From positions 4,224,001 through 4,288,000 of the forward strand of contig OZ245006.1 of assembly GCA_965223545.1 (NCBI GenBank): 64,000 bases of DNA, given 5' to 3'. A program made the translations under genes and the position numbers. Of this stretch, positions 30,220 to 38,830 are shown in pieces (position 1 is the stretch's first letter; each line of letters opens with the position of its first letter). The notes below the pieces were generated by a model. It was not told the DNA's origin and ran no database searches. It was given only the letters and a program-made list of their open reading frames with translations. The DNA comes from Planctomycetota bacterium. GTDB taxonomy: Bacteria; Planctomycetota; UBA1135; UBA2386.

Positions 30220-31098
30220 TCAGCGCGCGGTGCGAATCTCGCGGCGCACGCGGCGCGCGATGAGCAACTTGCGCCAGCCGGCGACGCGGATGCGCCGCCG
30301 CCGACAGACCTCGCCGCCGAGAGCGGTCGCGCGCTGCAAGACAACGCGATACACCGCGCCCATGACCTCGGCGGGCAACAGCTTCACGCGCAACTCGCCC
30401 TGCGCGTGACGGTCCGCGCCCGCGAATCGCGCCTCGGCTCGGTCGGCCAGCCAACGCGCGACTCCGTCGACGGCGCCGCCGGGCGCGTAATGGCAATCCT
30501 CGCCGTCGCCCCCGAGCCAGCCTGCTTGCGCCCCGTGGGCGCGGAGCACCGAGGCCGGCACGTAGCAGCGGCCGCCGCGCGCGTCCTCCGCCAGGTCGCG
30601 CAGCACGTTGGTGAGCTGCAGGGCGTGGCCGAGCTCGATCGCATAGCCCTCGGCGGCGGGGCCCTCGGCCTCGAACAGGGGCAGGCAGGCGAGCCCGACC
30701 GAGCACGCCACGCGATAGCAGTAGCGCTCGAGGTCCTCCTCCGCGGCGAAGGTCTCGCCGTGCAGGTCGCTGGTCACCCCGTCGATGACGTTCTGCAGAT
30801 GCTGGCGCTGCACGCCGTAGCGCTGCATTGCCGCCGCCAAGCCGCGGCCGACCGGAGTGCGCGCCGCGTCGCGCTCCGCGCGGGCCAGCTCCTCACTCCA
30901 GAACGCGAGCTCTTGTGCGGCAGTCGCGTCGTCCGCGCGATCGTCGACGGCATCGTCCACCAGACGACAAAACGCGTACACCGCGGTGAGGGCCGCGCGG
31001 CGATCCGGCTCGGCGGCCGCGAACGACACCAAGAAGTTGGAGCCGGACCGATACGCAATGCGCTCGGGTGTCAGGGGGGAAGCGGACGGTGGATTCAT
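30220..31098 (-). CDS. hpnD: Presqualene diphosphate synthase
   Basis: SGSNF, YAFCRLVDDAVD, YCYRVA, LQLTNVLRDLAED. Confidence 0.9.
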   Translation of the reverse strand: MNPPSASPLTPERIAYRSGSNFLVSFAAAEPDRRAALTAVYAFCRLVDDAVDDRADDATAAQELAFWSEELARAERDAARTPVGRGLAAAMQRYGVQRQHLQNVIDGVTSDLHGETFAAEEDLERYCYRVACSVGLACLPLFEAEGPAAEGYAIELGHALQLTNVLRDLAEDARGGRCYVPASVLRAHGAQAGWLGGDGEDCHYAPGGAVDGVARWLADRAEARFAGADRHAQGELRVKLLPAEVMGAVYRVVLQRATALGGEVCRRRRIRVAGWRKLLIARRVRREIRTAR

Positions 31099-31940
31099 CG
31101 CAGCTCGACTGGAGCGCGCCGGCGAAACAGCGCGCGGGCGACGACGGCGATTTTCTCGCGGCGCGTCAGACGGACATGCGTTTTGAGCACATCGTAGTCG
31201 ATGGCCGCCAGGCTGCGCAGCACGGCGCCGGCGCCGCCGAGGATGGCCCGCAGCTCGGCGGCCAGGCGGCCACGCACCATGCCGGTGAGGGCGTGGCCAT
31301 CGCGCAGCATGGCGCGGGTCTCGTCGGCCCAGCCGCGCAGGAGATCGCGCAAGCCCGCCGGTGTGCTCGTGCCGGCGAGCGCTTCGAGGGCGACGCCGTG
31401 GCGGGCGAAGTCTTCGACCGGGAAGTAGACGCGGTCTCGCTCCAGCCAGTCCTCGCGCACGTCCTGCAGGTGGTTGACCAGCTGCAGGCCGGTGCAGACG
31501 AGATCCGACAATCGGTCCATCTCGTCGTCGCGGTGGCCGAAGACGCGCAGCACGAGCCGGCCGACGGGATCCGCCGACTTGGTGCAGTAGGCGAGCAGAC
31601 TCTGTCGGTCGTGCCGGCTCTGGCGCAGGTCGAGGGCGAAGGCGTCGAGTAGGTCGAAGAACAAGGCGGAGGGGAGCTCGCGTTCGACAATGCTGTCGCA
31701 CAGGTCACGCAACAGCGGCGTGGACCGCGTGCTCGGGTCCGTCAGGTGGCGCTCGAAGTCGGCACGGAAATCCGCCAGGGCGGGGGCGCTGCGCAGCTCG
31801 TCCGCCAAGTCGTCGGCGGTGCGCGCAAACGCGTAGATGCGATGCAGGTGGCGGCGCTCGGCGCGCGGCAGCAGCCAGGACCCGACCGGGAAGTTCTCGT
31901 AGTGGGTGGCGGCGAGCCGGAGGTGAGGGGCGGCGGACAC
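31095..31940 (-). CDS. hpnC: Hydroxysqualene synthase
   Basis: HYENFPVGSWLLP, YAFARTADDLADE, SADPVGRLVL, LQLVNHLQDV. Confidence 0.93.
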   Translation of the reverse strand: MSAAPHLRLAATHYENFPVGSWLLPRAERRHLHRIYAFARTADDLADELRSAPALADFRADFERHLTDPSTRSTPLLRDLCDSIVERELPSALFFDLLDAFALDLRQSRHDRQSLLAYCTKSADPVGRLVLRVFGHRDDEMDRLSDLVCTGLQLVNHLQDVREDWLERDRVYFPVEDFARHGVALEALAGTSTPAGLRDLLRGWADETRAMLRDGHALTGMVRGRLAAELRAILGGAGAVLRSLAAIDYDVLKTHVRLTRREKIAVVARALFRRRAPVELR

Positions 31941-32029
31941 GGGGCGGCCGTGGTTCTACCCGACGCGCCGGGCCGCGCGCGAGCCGTGGGGCTGGCGGGG
32001 TACGCGCCGGCTGGCCAGAATCACGAGAG

Positions 32030-34279
32030 ATGCGCCGGTTTCTCTCGATCGCAGCCGCCGCCGCGCTGTCGGTGTCGGGCGGCATGGCGCAATCGAGCCT
32101 CAACGTCGATCTGTTGGGGCGGCTCGACGGCCACCGGCGCTACAGCGATGTGTGGGGCCATGTCGGACCGAACGGTGCCGAGTACGCGCTGTTGGCGACC
32201 GACACCGGCACGTCGGTCATCGACTGTTCGGTGCCGACCGCGCCGGTGGAGCGCGGCTTCTTCGCCGGACCGGTGTCGGACCTGCGCGACATCAAGGTCT
32301 ACCGCAACACGGCGTACGTGGTGTCGGAGCGCGGCGGCGGCATGCAGATCATCGATCTCACCGATCCCGCCAAACCCGTCCTGGTGGGTGTGTGGGGCAC
32401 GGCTTGGTTCAACCGGGCCCACAACGTCGCCGTCGATGCGGCGACCGGTTGGATCTACGCGGTGGGAACGGATGTCGGCACCGTGGTGATGGACGGCTCC
32501 GCCAACCCCCGGGCGCCACTCCTGGTCGGCGTGTACGGCAGTGCTTCGGTGACCGACTACATCCACGACCTGACGTTGCACAACGGTGTCGGCCACGCGG
32601 CGATGATCTGGAACGGGGTCTACCGCCTGCTCGATGTGAGCCGATGGCCGTTCTCGGTGCTGTCCGAACAGCGCACTGCCGCGGCCTTCACCCACAACTG
32701 CGCGCCGCGCTCGGACGGTCGTCTGGCGGTGACCACGGACGAGCAGGAAGGCGGCCTGATTCAGCTGTGGGATGTCTCCGATCCGCGCGCGCCGGTGGCG
32801 CTGTCGGTGTTCTCGCCCAACACCGCCGCGATCCCACACAACGCCTACCTGGTCGGCGATCTGTGCCACGTGTCGTGGTTCACGGAGGGCTACCGGCTCA
32901 TCGATGTGTCCGATCCCACCGCGCCGCAGGAGATCGGCTTCTACGATGCGCACTCGGGCCCCAGCGGGACCTCCGAGGGCGCCTTCGGCTGCTACCCGCT
33001 GCAGCCATCGGGGTTGGTGTACGTCTCCGACCGGGACGACGGTCTCTTGGTGTTGCGGCCGCACGCGCTGCGCATCACCCACGATGCCCTGTCCGACTCC
33101 GACGACGAGGACGGCCCCTACGTCGTGCAAGCGGTGGTGCGCTCGCCGGATCCGGTCACTGCCGTGGACCTGCACTGGTCGGCGGGCGGGGTGACGGGGA
33201 CGGTCGCGGCGCAGCCGACGGGAGTGCCCGATACCTGGGCGGCGGCGATTCCCGGGCAGCGCGCTCCCGCTCGGGTCAGCTACTTCTTGACGGCCGCCGA
33301 CGGCGCGGGGGGGCAGGCTCGGTTTCCGCCGCCGCCGGCGCAGCTCGCCTTCGACGTCGGCCGGCAGATCGTGGTGTATGTCGACGACTTCGAGGGGCCG
33401 GACCGGTGGAGCCACGGCGCCACCGGCATCGACGACTGGGAGCGCGGCGCGCCGGCGGGGCTCGGCGGCACCGCGCACGTCGCCTGGTTGGATGCGGGGG
33501 CCGCGCATTCGGGCGCGTCGGCCTGGGGCACCGATCTCGGCTTGGCGGCCGGCGCCGACGGGGCACACCCCGACCGGACCAGTAGCTGGTTGCAGTCACC
33601 GCCGATCGCGACCGGCGGTGAGGCGGGCCTGCGCTTGTCGCTGTGGCGCTGGCTGAACGTCGAAGCCGCGGACCGCGCGCGGATCACCGTCAACGGGCAG
33701 GTCGTCTGGCAGAGCCCGGCGACCGCGCACACCCAGGACTTTCGCTGGCGCGAGCTCGAGCTCGACGTGAGCTCGGTGCTCGATGGCGCGACCGCCGCGA
33801 CGTTGCGGTTCGAGCTGCAAGCCGGCGCCGGCATCGAGCTCGGCGGTTGGAACTTGGACGACGTCGCGCTGTCCGCGCTCGGCGACTGCGTTCCGCCGCG
33901 GCGCTACGGCACCGCCACCGCGGGGTCGGGGGGAGTGTTGCCGCGCATCGACCTGAGTGGCTCGCCGCGGGTCGGGGCCGGCTTCTCCGTCGACGGCCTG
34001 GCCATGCGCGGCGGGGCGAACGCGGCACTGGTACTGTCGCCGCGGCCGGCCGCGCTGGCGGTGCTCGGCGCCACGCTGCTGGTCGATCCGGTCGGCGCGA
34101 CGGTCGTGCCGCGCACCGTCGCCGGCGCCGGCACCGCGCGCGTTCCGCTTTCGGTGCCCAACGATCCGCGCCTGGACGACGCCGACCTGTTCGGCCAGTG
34201 GATCGTGCTCGATGCCGGCGCTCCGGGCGGCGTTCTCGCCGCCAGCGAGGGCCTGCGCATCCGCGTCTGCCAGCGGTGA
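32030..34279 (+). CDS. Secreted LVIVD-repeat / choice-of-anchor-B-like beta-propeller protein
   Basis: Signal peptide, YSDVWG, RDIKVY, AHN, YIHD, THN, PHN, GWNLDDV; C-terminal QWIVLD...ASEGL domain. Confidence 0.8.
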   Translation: MRRFLSIAAAAALSVSGGMAQSSLNVDLLGRLDGHRRYSDVWGHVGPNGAEYALLATDTGTSVIDCSVPTAPVERGFFAGPVSDLRDIKVYRNTAYVVSERGGGMQIIDLTDPAKPVLVGVWGTAWFNRAHNVAVDAATGWIYAVGTDVGTVVMDGSANPRAPLLVGVYGSASVTDYIHDLTLHNGVGHAAMIWNGVYRLLDVSRWPFSVLSEQRTAAAFTHNCAPRSDGRLAVTTDEQEGGLIQLWDVSDPRAPVALSVFSPNTAAIPHNAYLVGDLCHVSWFTEGYRLIDVSDPTAPQEIGFYDAHSGPSGTSEGAFGCYPLQPSGLVYVSDRDDGLLVLRPHALRITHDALSDSDDEDGPYVVQAVVRSPDPVTAVDLHWSAGGVTGTVAAQPTGVPDTWAAAIPGQRAPARVSYFLTAADGAGGQARFPPPPAQLAFDVGRQIVVYVDDFEGPDRWSHGATGIDDWERGAPAGLGGTAHVAWLDAGAAHSGASAWGTDLGLAAGADGAHPDRTSSWLQSPPIATGGEAGLRLSLWRWLNVEAADRARITVNGQVVWQSPATAHTQDFRWRELELDVSSVLDGATAATLRFELQAGAGIELGGWNLDDVALSALGDCVPPRRYGTATAGSGGVLPRIDLSGSPRVGAGFSVDGLAMRGGANAALVLSPRPAALAVLGATLLVDPVGATVVPRTVAGAGTARVPLSVPNDPRLDDADLFGQWIVLDAGAPGGVLAASEGLRIRVCQR

Positions 34280-34354
34280 TCGGCTGGTAACCGTGGGCGA
34301 CCCGCGGGCCACTGAGAAGTGAGCGCTCGATGTCGAGCCGAAGGAGAACCGCGC

Positions 34355-34885
34355 ATGAGAATCGACCTTTCCGATGGCCCGCAGACCCACGACTACACTT
34401 CGGTGCCCGCGGGCACCTACGTCTGTCAGGTCGCCGACGTGCGCGCAGGGACGACCCGCGCCGGAGATCCGCGTTGGGGGCTCCGGCTGGTGGTCGCCGA
34501 GGGCGAGTTCGTCGGACGGCATGCGGCGTGGGATGGTCTGGTGTTTTCCGCGCGCGGGCGCACCCGTGTGCGGCTCGTGCTGGCTGCCTTGGGCCTGCCG
34601 AACACCGGCACGATCGACCTGGAAGTGGGGCAACTGATCGGCCGTCGCGCCCTGGTGCAAGTGCGCCCGAGTGAGTTCGAGAATCCAGCCGGCGATGTGA
34701 TCCGGCGCAACGAGGTGCCGTACGACGGGTACCGCCCCCTGCCGGAGGAGGCGTCGCCCGAAGGGGCATCGACCGGATCCGAGGAGTCGGCGGTGTCGTC
34801 GGACGCGGTGTCGCAGGCTGGAAGTCGCGATCCCGGGCAGCGCGGCGGCGACGAAGACGTCGACCCGAACGAGATCCCGTTCTGA
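34355..34885 (+). CDS. DUF669-like OB-fold protein with SSB-type acidic tail
   Basis: VPAGTYVCQV, GEFVGRHAWDGL, C-terminus DEDVDPNEIPF; AAGGAG RBS. Confidence 0.8.
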   Translation: MRIDLSDGPQTHDYTSVPAGTYVCQVADVRAGTTRAGDPRWGLRLVVAEGEFVGRHAAWDGLVFSARGRTRVRLVLAALGLPNTGTIDLEVGQLIGRRALVQVRPSEFENPAGDVIRRNEVPYDGYRPLPEEASPEGASTGSEESAVSSDAVSQAGSRDPGQRGGDEDVDPNEIPF

Positions 34886-34905
34886 GCCGAAGCTACGATG
34901 CGCGC

Positions 34906-36963
34906 GTGGATGTCCGCCGTCGCATGCGACAGCTCGCCGCGCAGATCGAGCGCGCCAACGAGCAGTACTACAACGAGGCCGCTCCCGAGCTGACGGATGC
35001 CGAGTTCGATGCTCTGTTCGCCGAGCTGCGCGCGCTCGAGGTCGAGCACCCGGAGCTCGCGCAAGAGGATTCGCCGACCCGGCGTGTCGGTGCGCCGTTG
35101 CCCAAGGGGTCGCGCTTCGAGACCGGTGCCCACCTGATGCCGATGCTGTCCATCGAATCGCTGCAGAGCGAGGAACAGGTCGCCGAGTTCGACGCGCGCG
35201 TCCGCAAGTTCTTGGAGCTCGCCGAGGACGGGCCGCCGGTGCGCTACGCGGTGGAGCCGAAGCTCGATGGGGTCAGCGCAAACTTGTTGTACGAGAACGG
35301 CGTGCTCGTCCGCGGATTGTCGCGTGGCGATGGGAGTCGCGGCGAGGACGTGACCCGCAACCTGCGCACCGTCGGCAACATCCCTTTGGCCCTGGGCGGC
35401 GAGCGCTGGCCGGCGCGCATCGAGGTGCGCGGCGAAGTGATCTTGTCGAGAGCCGCCTTCGACCGGCTGCGCGATCGGCAGGAGACGACGACGGACACGC
35501 CCTTTCGCAACGCGCGCAACTCGGTCGCCGGCACGCTCAAGTTGCTCGATCCGGCGGTGGTGGCCCGGCGCCAGCTCGACTTCATCGCCTGGGGCACGGG
35601 TCATGTCGAGGGCTTGCCGGCGGAGTCCTACGAGGAGGTGCGTGCCGCGCTGCTCGAGTACGGCTTCACGGCCGCGGACCCGTTCGCGGTGGTCGATGGG
35701 GTCGACGGTGTGGTCGCCTACCACCATGAGCTCGAGGAGCAGCGCGAGCAGTTCGACTACGAGATGGACGGCATCGTGGCGAAGGTCGCGCGCCTCGATT
35801 GGCAGCGGCAGCTCGGCCGGACGGCGCGCACTCCGCGATGGGTCTTGGCGTACAAGTTCGCCGCTCGCCAGGGCGACACGGTTGTCGTGGCGATCCGCGC
35901 CCAGGTCGGGCGGACCGGCGCGATCACTCCGGTCGCCGAGTTCGAGCCGCTGGAGCTGGCCGGGGTGACGGTGCAGCGCGCGAGCCTGCACAACTGGGGA
36001 TTGCTCGCCGAGCGCGACGTGCGGGTCGGCGATCACGTCGTGCTACAGCGCGCTGGTGACGTGATTCCGGAAGTCGTGCGCGTGCATCTCGACCGGCGTC
36101 CGGCGACGGCGGTGCGTCCCGAGCCACCCGGAGAGTGCCCGAGCTGTGGGGCGAAGCCCGAGCTCGACGGCGCGCATCTCTACTGCGTCAACCTCGACTG
36201 TCCGGCCCAGCTCAAGGGCCGCATCGTCCACCTGGCTGGTCGGCGCGCGCTCGACATCGACCGGCTGGGGCCGAAGTACGTCGATCAGCTCATGGAGGCG
36301 GGATTGCTTTCGACGTTGGAGGACGTGTTCGTCCTGCCGGGGCGGCGCGACGAGCTCCTGGCCCTGGAGCGGTGGGGAGAGCGCAGCTTTGATCGGTTGG
36401 CGGCCGAGATCGAGAAGGCCAAGCGGCCGACCTTGGCGCGCTTCCTCAACGCGCTGGGCATTCGCCGCGTCGGTGAGCAAACCGCGAAGGACTTGGCGAA
36501 TGCGCTGGAGACGCTCGACGCGGTGCGGGCCGCCGACGAGGACGATCTACTCGCGGTGGATGGAGTGGGGCCCGAGGTGGCGAAATCGATCCGCGCCTTC
36601 TTCGCGTTGCCGGCCAACCAGCGGTTCTTGGCCGAGGCCCTGGCCGCGGGCTTGCAAGTACGGGGCGCCGCCGCGCCATCCGGCGAAGGCGTGCTCACCG
36701 GTCGGGTGATCTGCTTCACCGGCGGCCTGGCGACGATGAGTCGAGACGAGGCGCGCGCGCGGGTCGAAGCGATGGGCGCGAGCACGGCCACGTCGGTCAC
36801 CAAGAAGGTGACCGACGTGGTGATCGGCGGCAAGGCGGGGTCCAAGGTCGAGAAGGCGCGCAAGCTCGGCATTCGGGTGCTCGACGAGGAGCAATTCAAA
36901 GCACTGCTCGCCGGCCGCCTGGACGTGTCCGACGCCGACCCAGCGGAGGCGCAAGGATCGTGA
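34906..36963 (+). CDS. ligA: NAD-dependent DNA ligase
   Basis: PMLS, EPKLDG, SRGDG, EVRGE, DGIVAK, YKF, QVGRTG, RAGDVIP, Zn finger, HhH, BRCT. Confidence 0.98.
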   Translation: MDVRRRMRQLAAQIERANEQYYNEAAPELTDAEFDALFAELRALEVEHPELAQEDSPTRRVGAPLPKGSRFETGAHLMPMLSIESLQSEEQVAEFDARVRKFLELAEDGPPVRYAVEPKLDGVSANLLYENGVLVRGLSRGDGSRGEDVTRNLRTVGNIPLALGGERWPARIEVRGEVILSRAAFDRLRDRQETTTDTPFRNARNSVAGTLKLLDPAVVARRQLDFIAWGTGHVEGLPAESYEEVRAALLEYGFTAADPFAVVDGVDGVVAYHHELEEQREQFDYEMDGIVAKVARLDWQRQLGRTARTPRWVLAYKFAARQGDTVVVAIRAQVGRTGAITPVAEFEPLELAGVTVQRASLHNWGLLAERDVRVGDHVVLQRAGDVIPEVVRVHLDRRPATAVRPEPPGECPSCGAKPELDGAHLYCVNLDCPAQLKGRIVHLAGRRALDIDRLGPKYVDQLMEAGLLSTLEDVFVLPGRRDELLALERWGERSFDRLAAEIEKAKRPTLARFLNALGIRRVGEQTAKDLANALETLDAVRAADEDDLLAVDGVGPEVAKSIRAFFALPANQRFLAEALAAGLQVRGAAAPSGEGVLTGRVICFTGGLATMSRDEARARVEAMGASTATSVTKKVTDVVIGGKAGSKVEKARKLGIRVLDEEQFKALLAGRLDVSDADPAEAQGS

Positions 36964-37076
36964 GCGACCCGGCCCGCCGCTGGTTGGGGGACGTGCTCCG
37001 CGTCCTGCTGCTCGGCCTGGCCTGCGGCGTGCTCCTCTTCCTGGCCCAACTCGCCTGGGCCATCCTCCAATCCTGA
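36960..37076 (+). CDS. Putative 38-aa single-TM small protein
   Basis: GTG overlaps the ligA stop. MSDPARRWLGDVLRVLLLGLACGVLLFLAQLAWAILQS; GC3-rich codons. Below the ORF-track cutoff. Confidence 0.55.
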   Translation: MSDPARRWLGDVLRVLLLGLACGVLLFLAQLAWAILQS

Positions 37077-37105
37077 ACGTACGGAGCCAGGCTCCGATTC
37101 ATCAG
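37073..37105. repeat. Family-B repeat, single arm
   Basis: ctgaacgtacggagccaggctccgattcatcag closely matches 17109-17140. Confidence 0.85.
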
Positions 37106-37143
37106 TTCGCCCCGCGCGACCGCGAAGCCAAGCGAGCGCCACC

Positions 37144-37866
37144 TCAAAGCTCCGCGATCTGCCGCGGGTCGGCGCCCGGCAGTCGGAGCAGGAACGCGCG
37201 CAGGTCTTCGGCGAGGGGGGCGCGCAGCGCGGTGTACTCGCCCGTGAACGGGTGGAAGAACTCGAGGTGCCATGCGTGCAGGGCCAAGCGGGGCAGGCCG
37301 AAGTGCTCGCGCAGGTAGGCGTTGATGCGGCCCTTGCCGTGCGTCGTGTCGCCGAGGACGTGGTGCGCGATGCCCTTGAGGTGTCGCCGGATCTGGTGGC
37401 GCCGGCCCGTGCGGATGCGGATCTCGACGAGCGAGTGGCGGTCGACGCGGGCGAGTCGCCGGAGCTCCGTCGTGGCTGGCTGCGGTTGACCGGACTTGCC
37501 CTTGAGCGGCCGATCGATTCGCAGCTGCTCGGGGGCGACGTCGCGCACGACGGCGAGGTAGATCTTGGCGCTGGTCGGCGAGCGCAGGGCGGAGTGGAGC
37601 GTGCGCGCGGCCTCGGCGCTGCGGCCGAAGACGAGCACGCCCGAGGCGCCCCGATCGAGGCGGTGGACCCCGAACAGTCGCTCACCGAGTTGCGCGGCCA
37701 GCAGCTGGTGCAAGGCGATGCGGTCACCGCTCATCGGCGTGCGGTGGACCAAGAGGCCCGCGGGCTTGTCGACCGCGACCAGATCGGCGTCTTGAAACAG
37801 AACCGGGATGGCCGGTGGGGGCAGCGGCTCCGGTAGAGGGGTGCTGGCATGCTGCCGGGAGTTCAT
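37144..37866 (-). CDS. truC: RluA-family pseudouridine synthase, TruC-like
   Basis: VDKPAGLLVHRT, VHRLDRGASG, TGRRHQIRRHL, GDTTHG, RLALHA. Confidence 0.8.
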   Translation of the reverse strand: MNSRQHASTPLPEPLPPPAIPVLFQDADLVAVDKPAGLLVHRTPMSGDRIALHQLLAAQLGERLFGVHRLDRGASGVLVFGRSAEAARTLHSALRSPTSAKIYLAVVRDVAPEQLRIDRPLKGKSGQPQPATTELRRLARVDRHSLVEIRIRTGRRHQIRRHLKGIAHHVLGDTTHGKGRINAYLREHFGLPRLALHAWHLEFFHPFTGEYTALRAPLAEDLRAFLLRLPGADPRQIAEL

Positions 37867-37962
37867 CTGCGCTGCCGCGGCCGCCGAGCCGTCGGCGTCG
37901 CCCGGCAGGTCCGCAGTATAGCGGCCGCTGGATCGGTCGGGCCGGCCGGATAGAACGGCGGC

Positions 37963-38787
37963 ATGGGATCCGCGCTCGCCAACCAAGTTGCCATCGTCAC
38001 CGGTGGGGGATGGAACGTCGGTCGCGCGGTCGCCGAGCGGTTTGCCGCGGAGGGGGCGGCGGTCGTGGTGGCGTCGCGCACGGCGGCGCGGTTGGCCGAG
38101 ACGGTGACCGCGATCGAGACGGCAGGCGGCCGGGCGTTGGCTGTGCCGACCGACGTGACCAAGGAGGAGCAGGTCGCCGCCCTGGTCGACACCACGGTGC
38201 GGCACTTCGGCACGGTGGACGTCTTGGCCGCCTTGGCCGGCGGCGGTCTCGAGCACCGACCACTCGAAGAGGTGTCGCTCGCGCTGTGGGAGCACGTCTT
38301 CGCCGTCAACGTGCGCTCGACGTTTCTGTGTGCGCGCGCAGTGTTGCCGATTCTGCGGGCGAAGAACCGCGGCAGCATCCTCACCTGTGCCGGGGGTGGC
38401 GCCTTCTTTCCAATGCTGGGTCCAGAGTACAACGCCTACGCGTGCGCCAAGGCCGCGGTGTGCCGGTTCACCGACCAGCTGACGGCCGAGCTGTGGGAGA
38501 CGGGGATCCGCGTCAACGGGCTGACGCCAGGGAAGGTGTTGAACGCCGATCGCCTGCGGGAGATCGAGGCGGAAGAGCAGCGCACGGGCGTTGTCCATCC
38601 GGAGCGCCAGGGCAACCGTCCGCCCCACGATGCGGCCGAGCTCGCGCTGTGGCTGGTGTCGGAGCAGAGTGCACCTTTGCGCGGTCGCATCGTCTCTGTC
38701 GACGATGATTGGTGGCGCGACCCCGACGCGGTCGCACGCGTCGACGCCACCGTGCACGCCTATCGGCTGCGTCGGGCCGATCTCTGA
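37963..38787 (+). CDS. Short-chain dehydrogenase/reductase
   Basis: VTGGGWNVG, YACAK, GIRVNGLTPG. Confidence 0.93.
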   Translation: MGSALANQVAIVTGGGWNVGRAVAERFAAEGAAVVVASRTAARLAETVTAIETAGGRALAVPTDVTKEEQVAALVDTTVRHFGTVDVLAALAGGGLEHRPLEEVSLALWEHVFAVNVRSTFLCARAVLPILRAKNRGSILTCAGGGAFFPMLGPEYNAYACAKAAVCRFTDQLTAELWETGIRVNGLTPGKVLNADRLREIEAEEQRTGVVHPERQGNRPPHDAAELALWLVSEQSAPLRGRIVSVDDDWWRDPDAVARVDATVHAYRLRRADL

Positions 38788-38830
38788 CGATCGTCCGCGC
38801 GCAGCGCCGGTCGACTACCGGCGTGCCGGG

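Noticed and set aside
27039..30344. 1101-aa ORF in the track
   Set aside because: The N-terminal half is an off-frame shadow of hpnE; the real rSAM starts near 28652.
34355..34885. Prophage remnant
   Set aside because: No integrase, structural genes or compositional shift around the DUF669-like gene.
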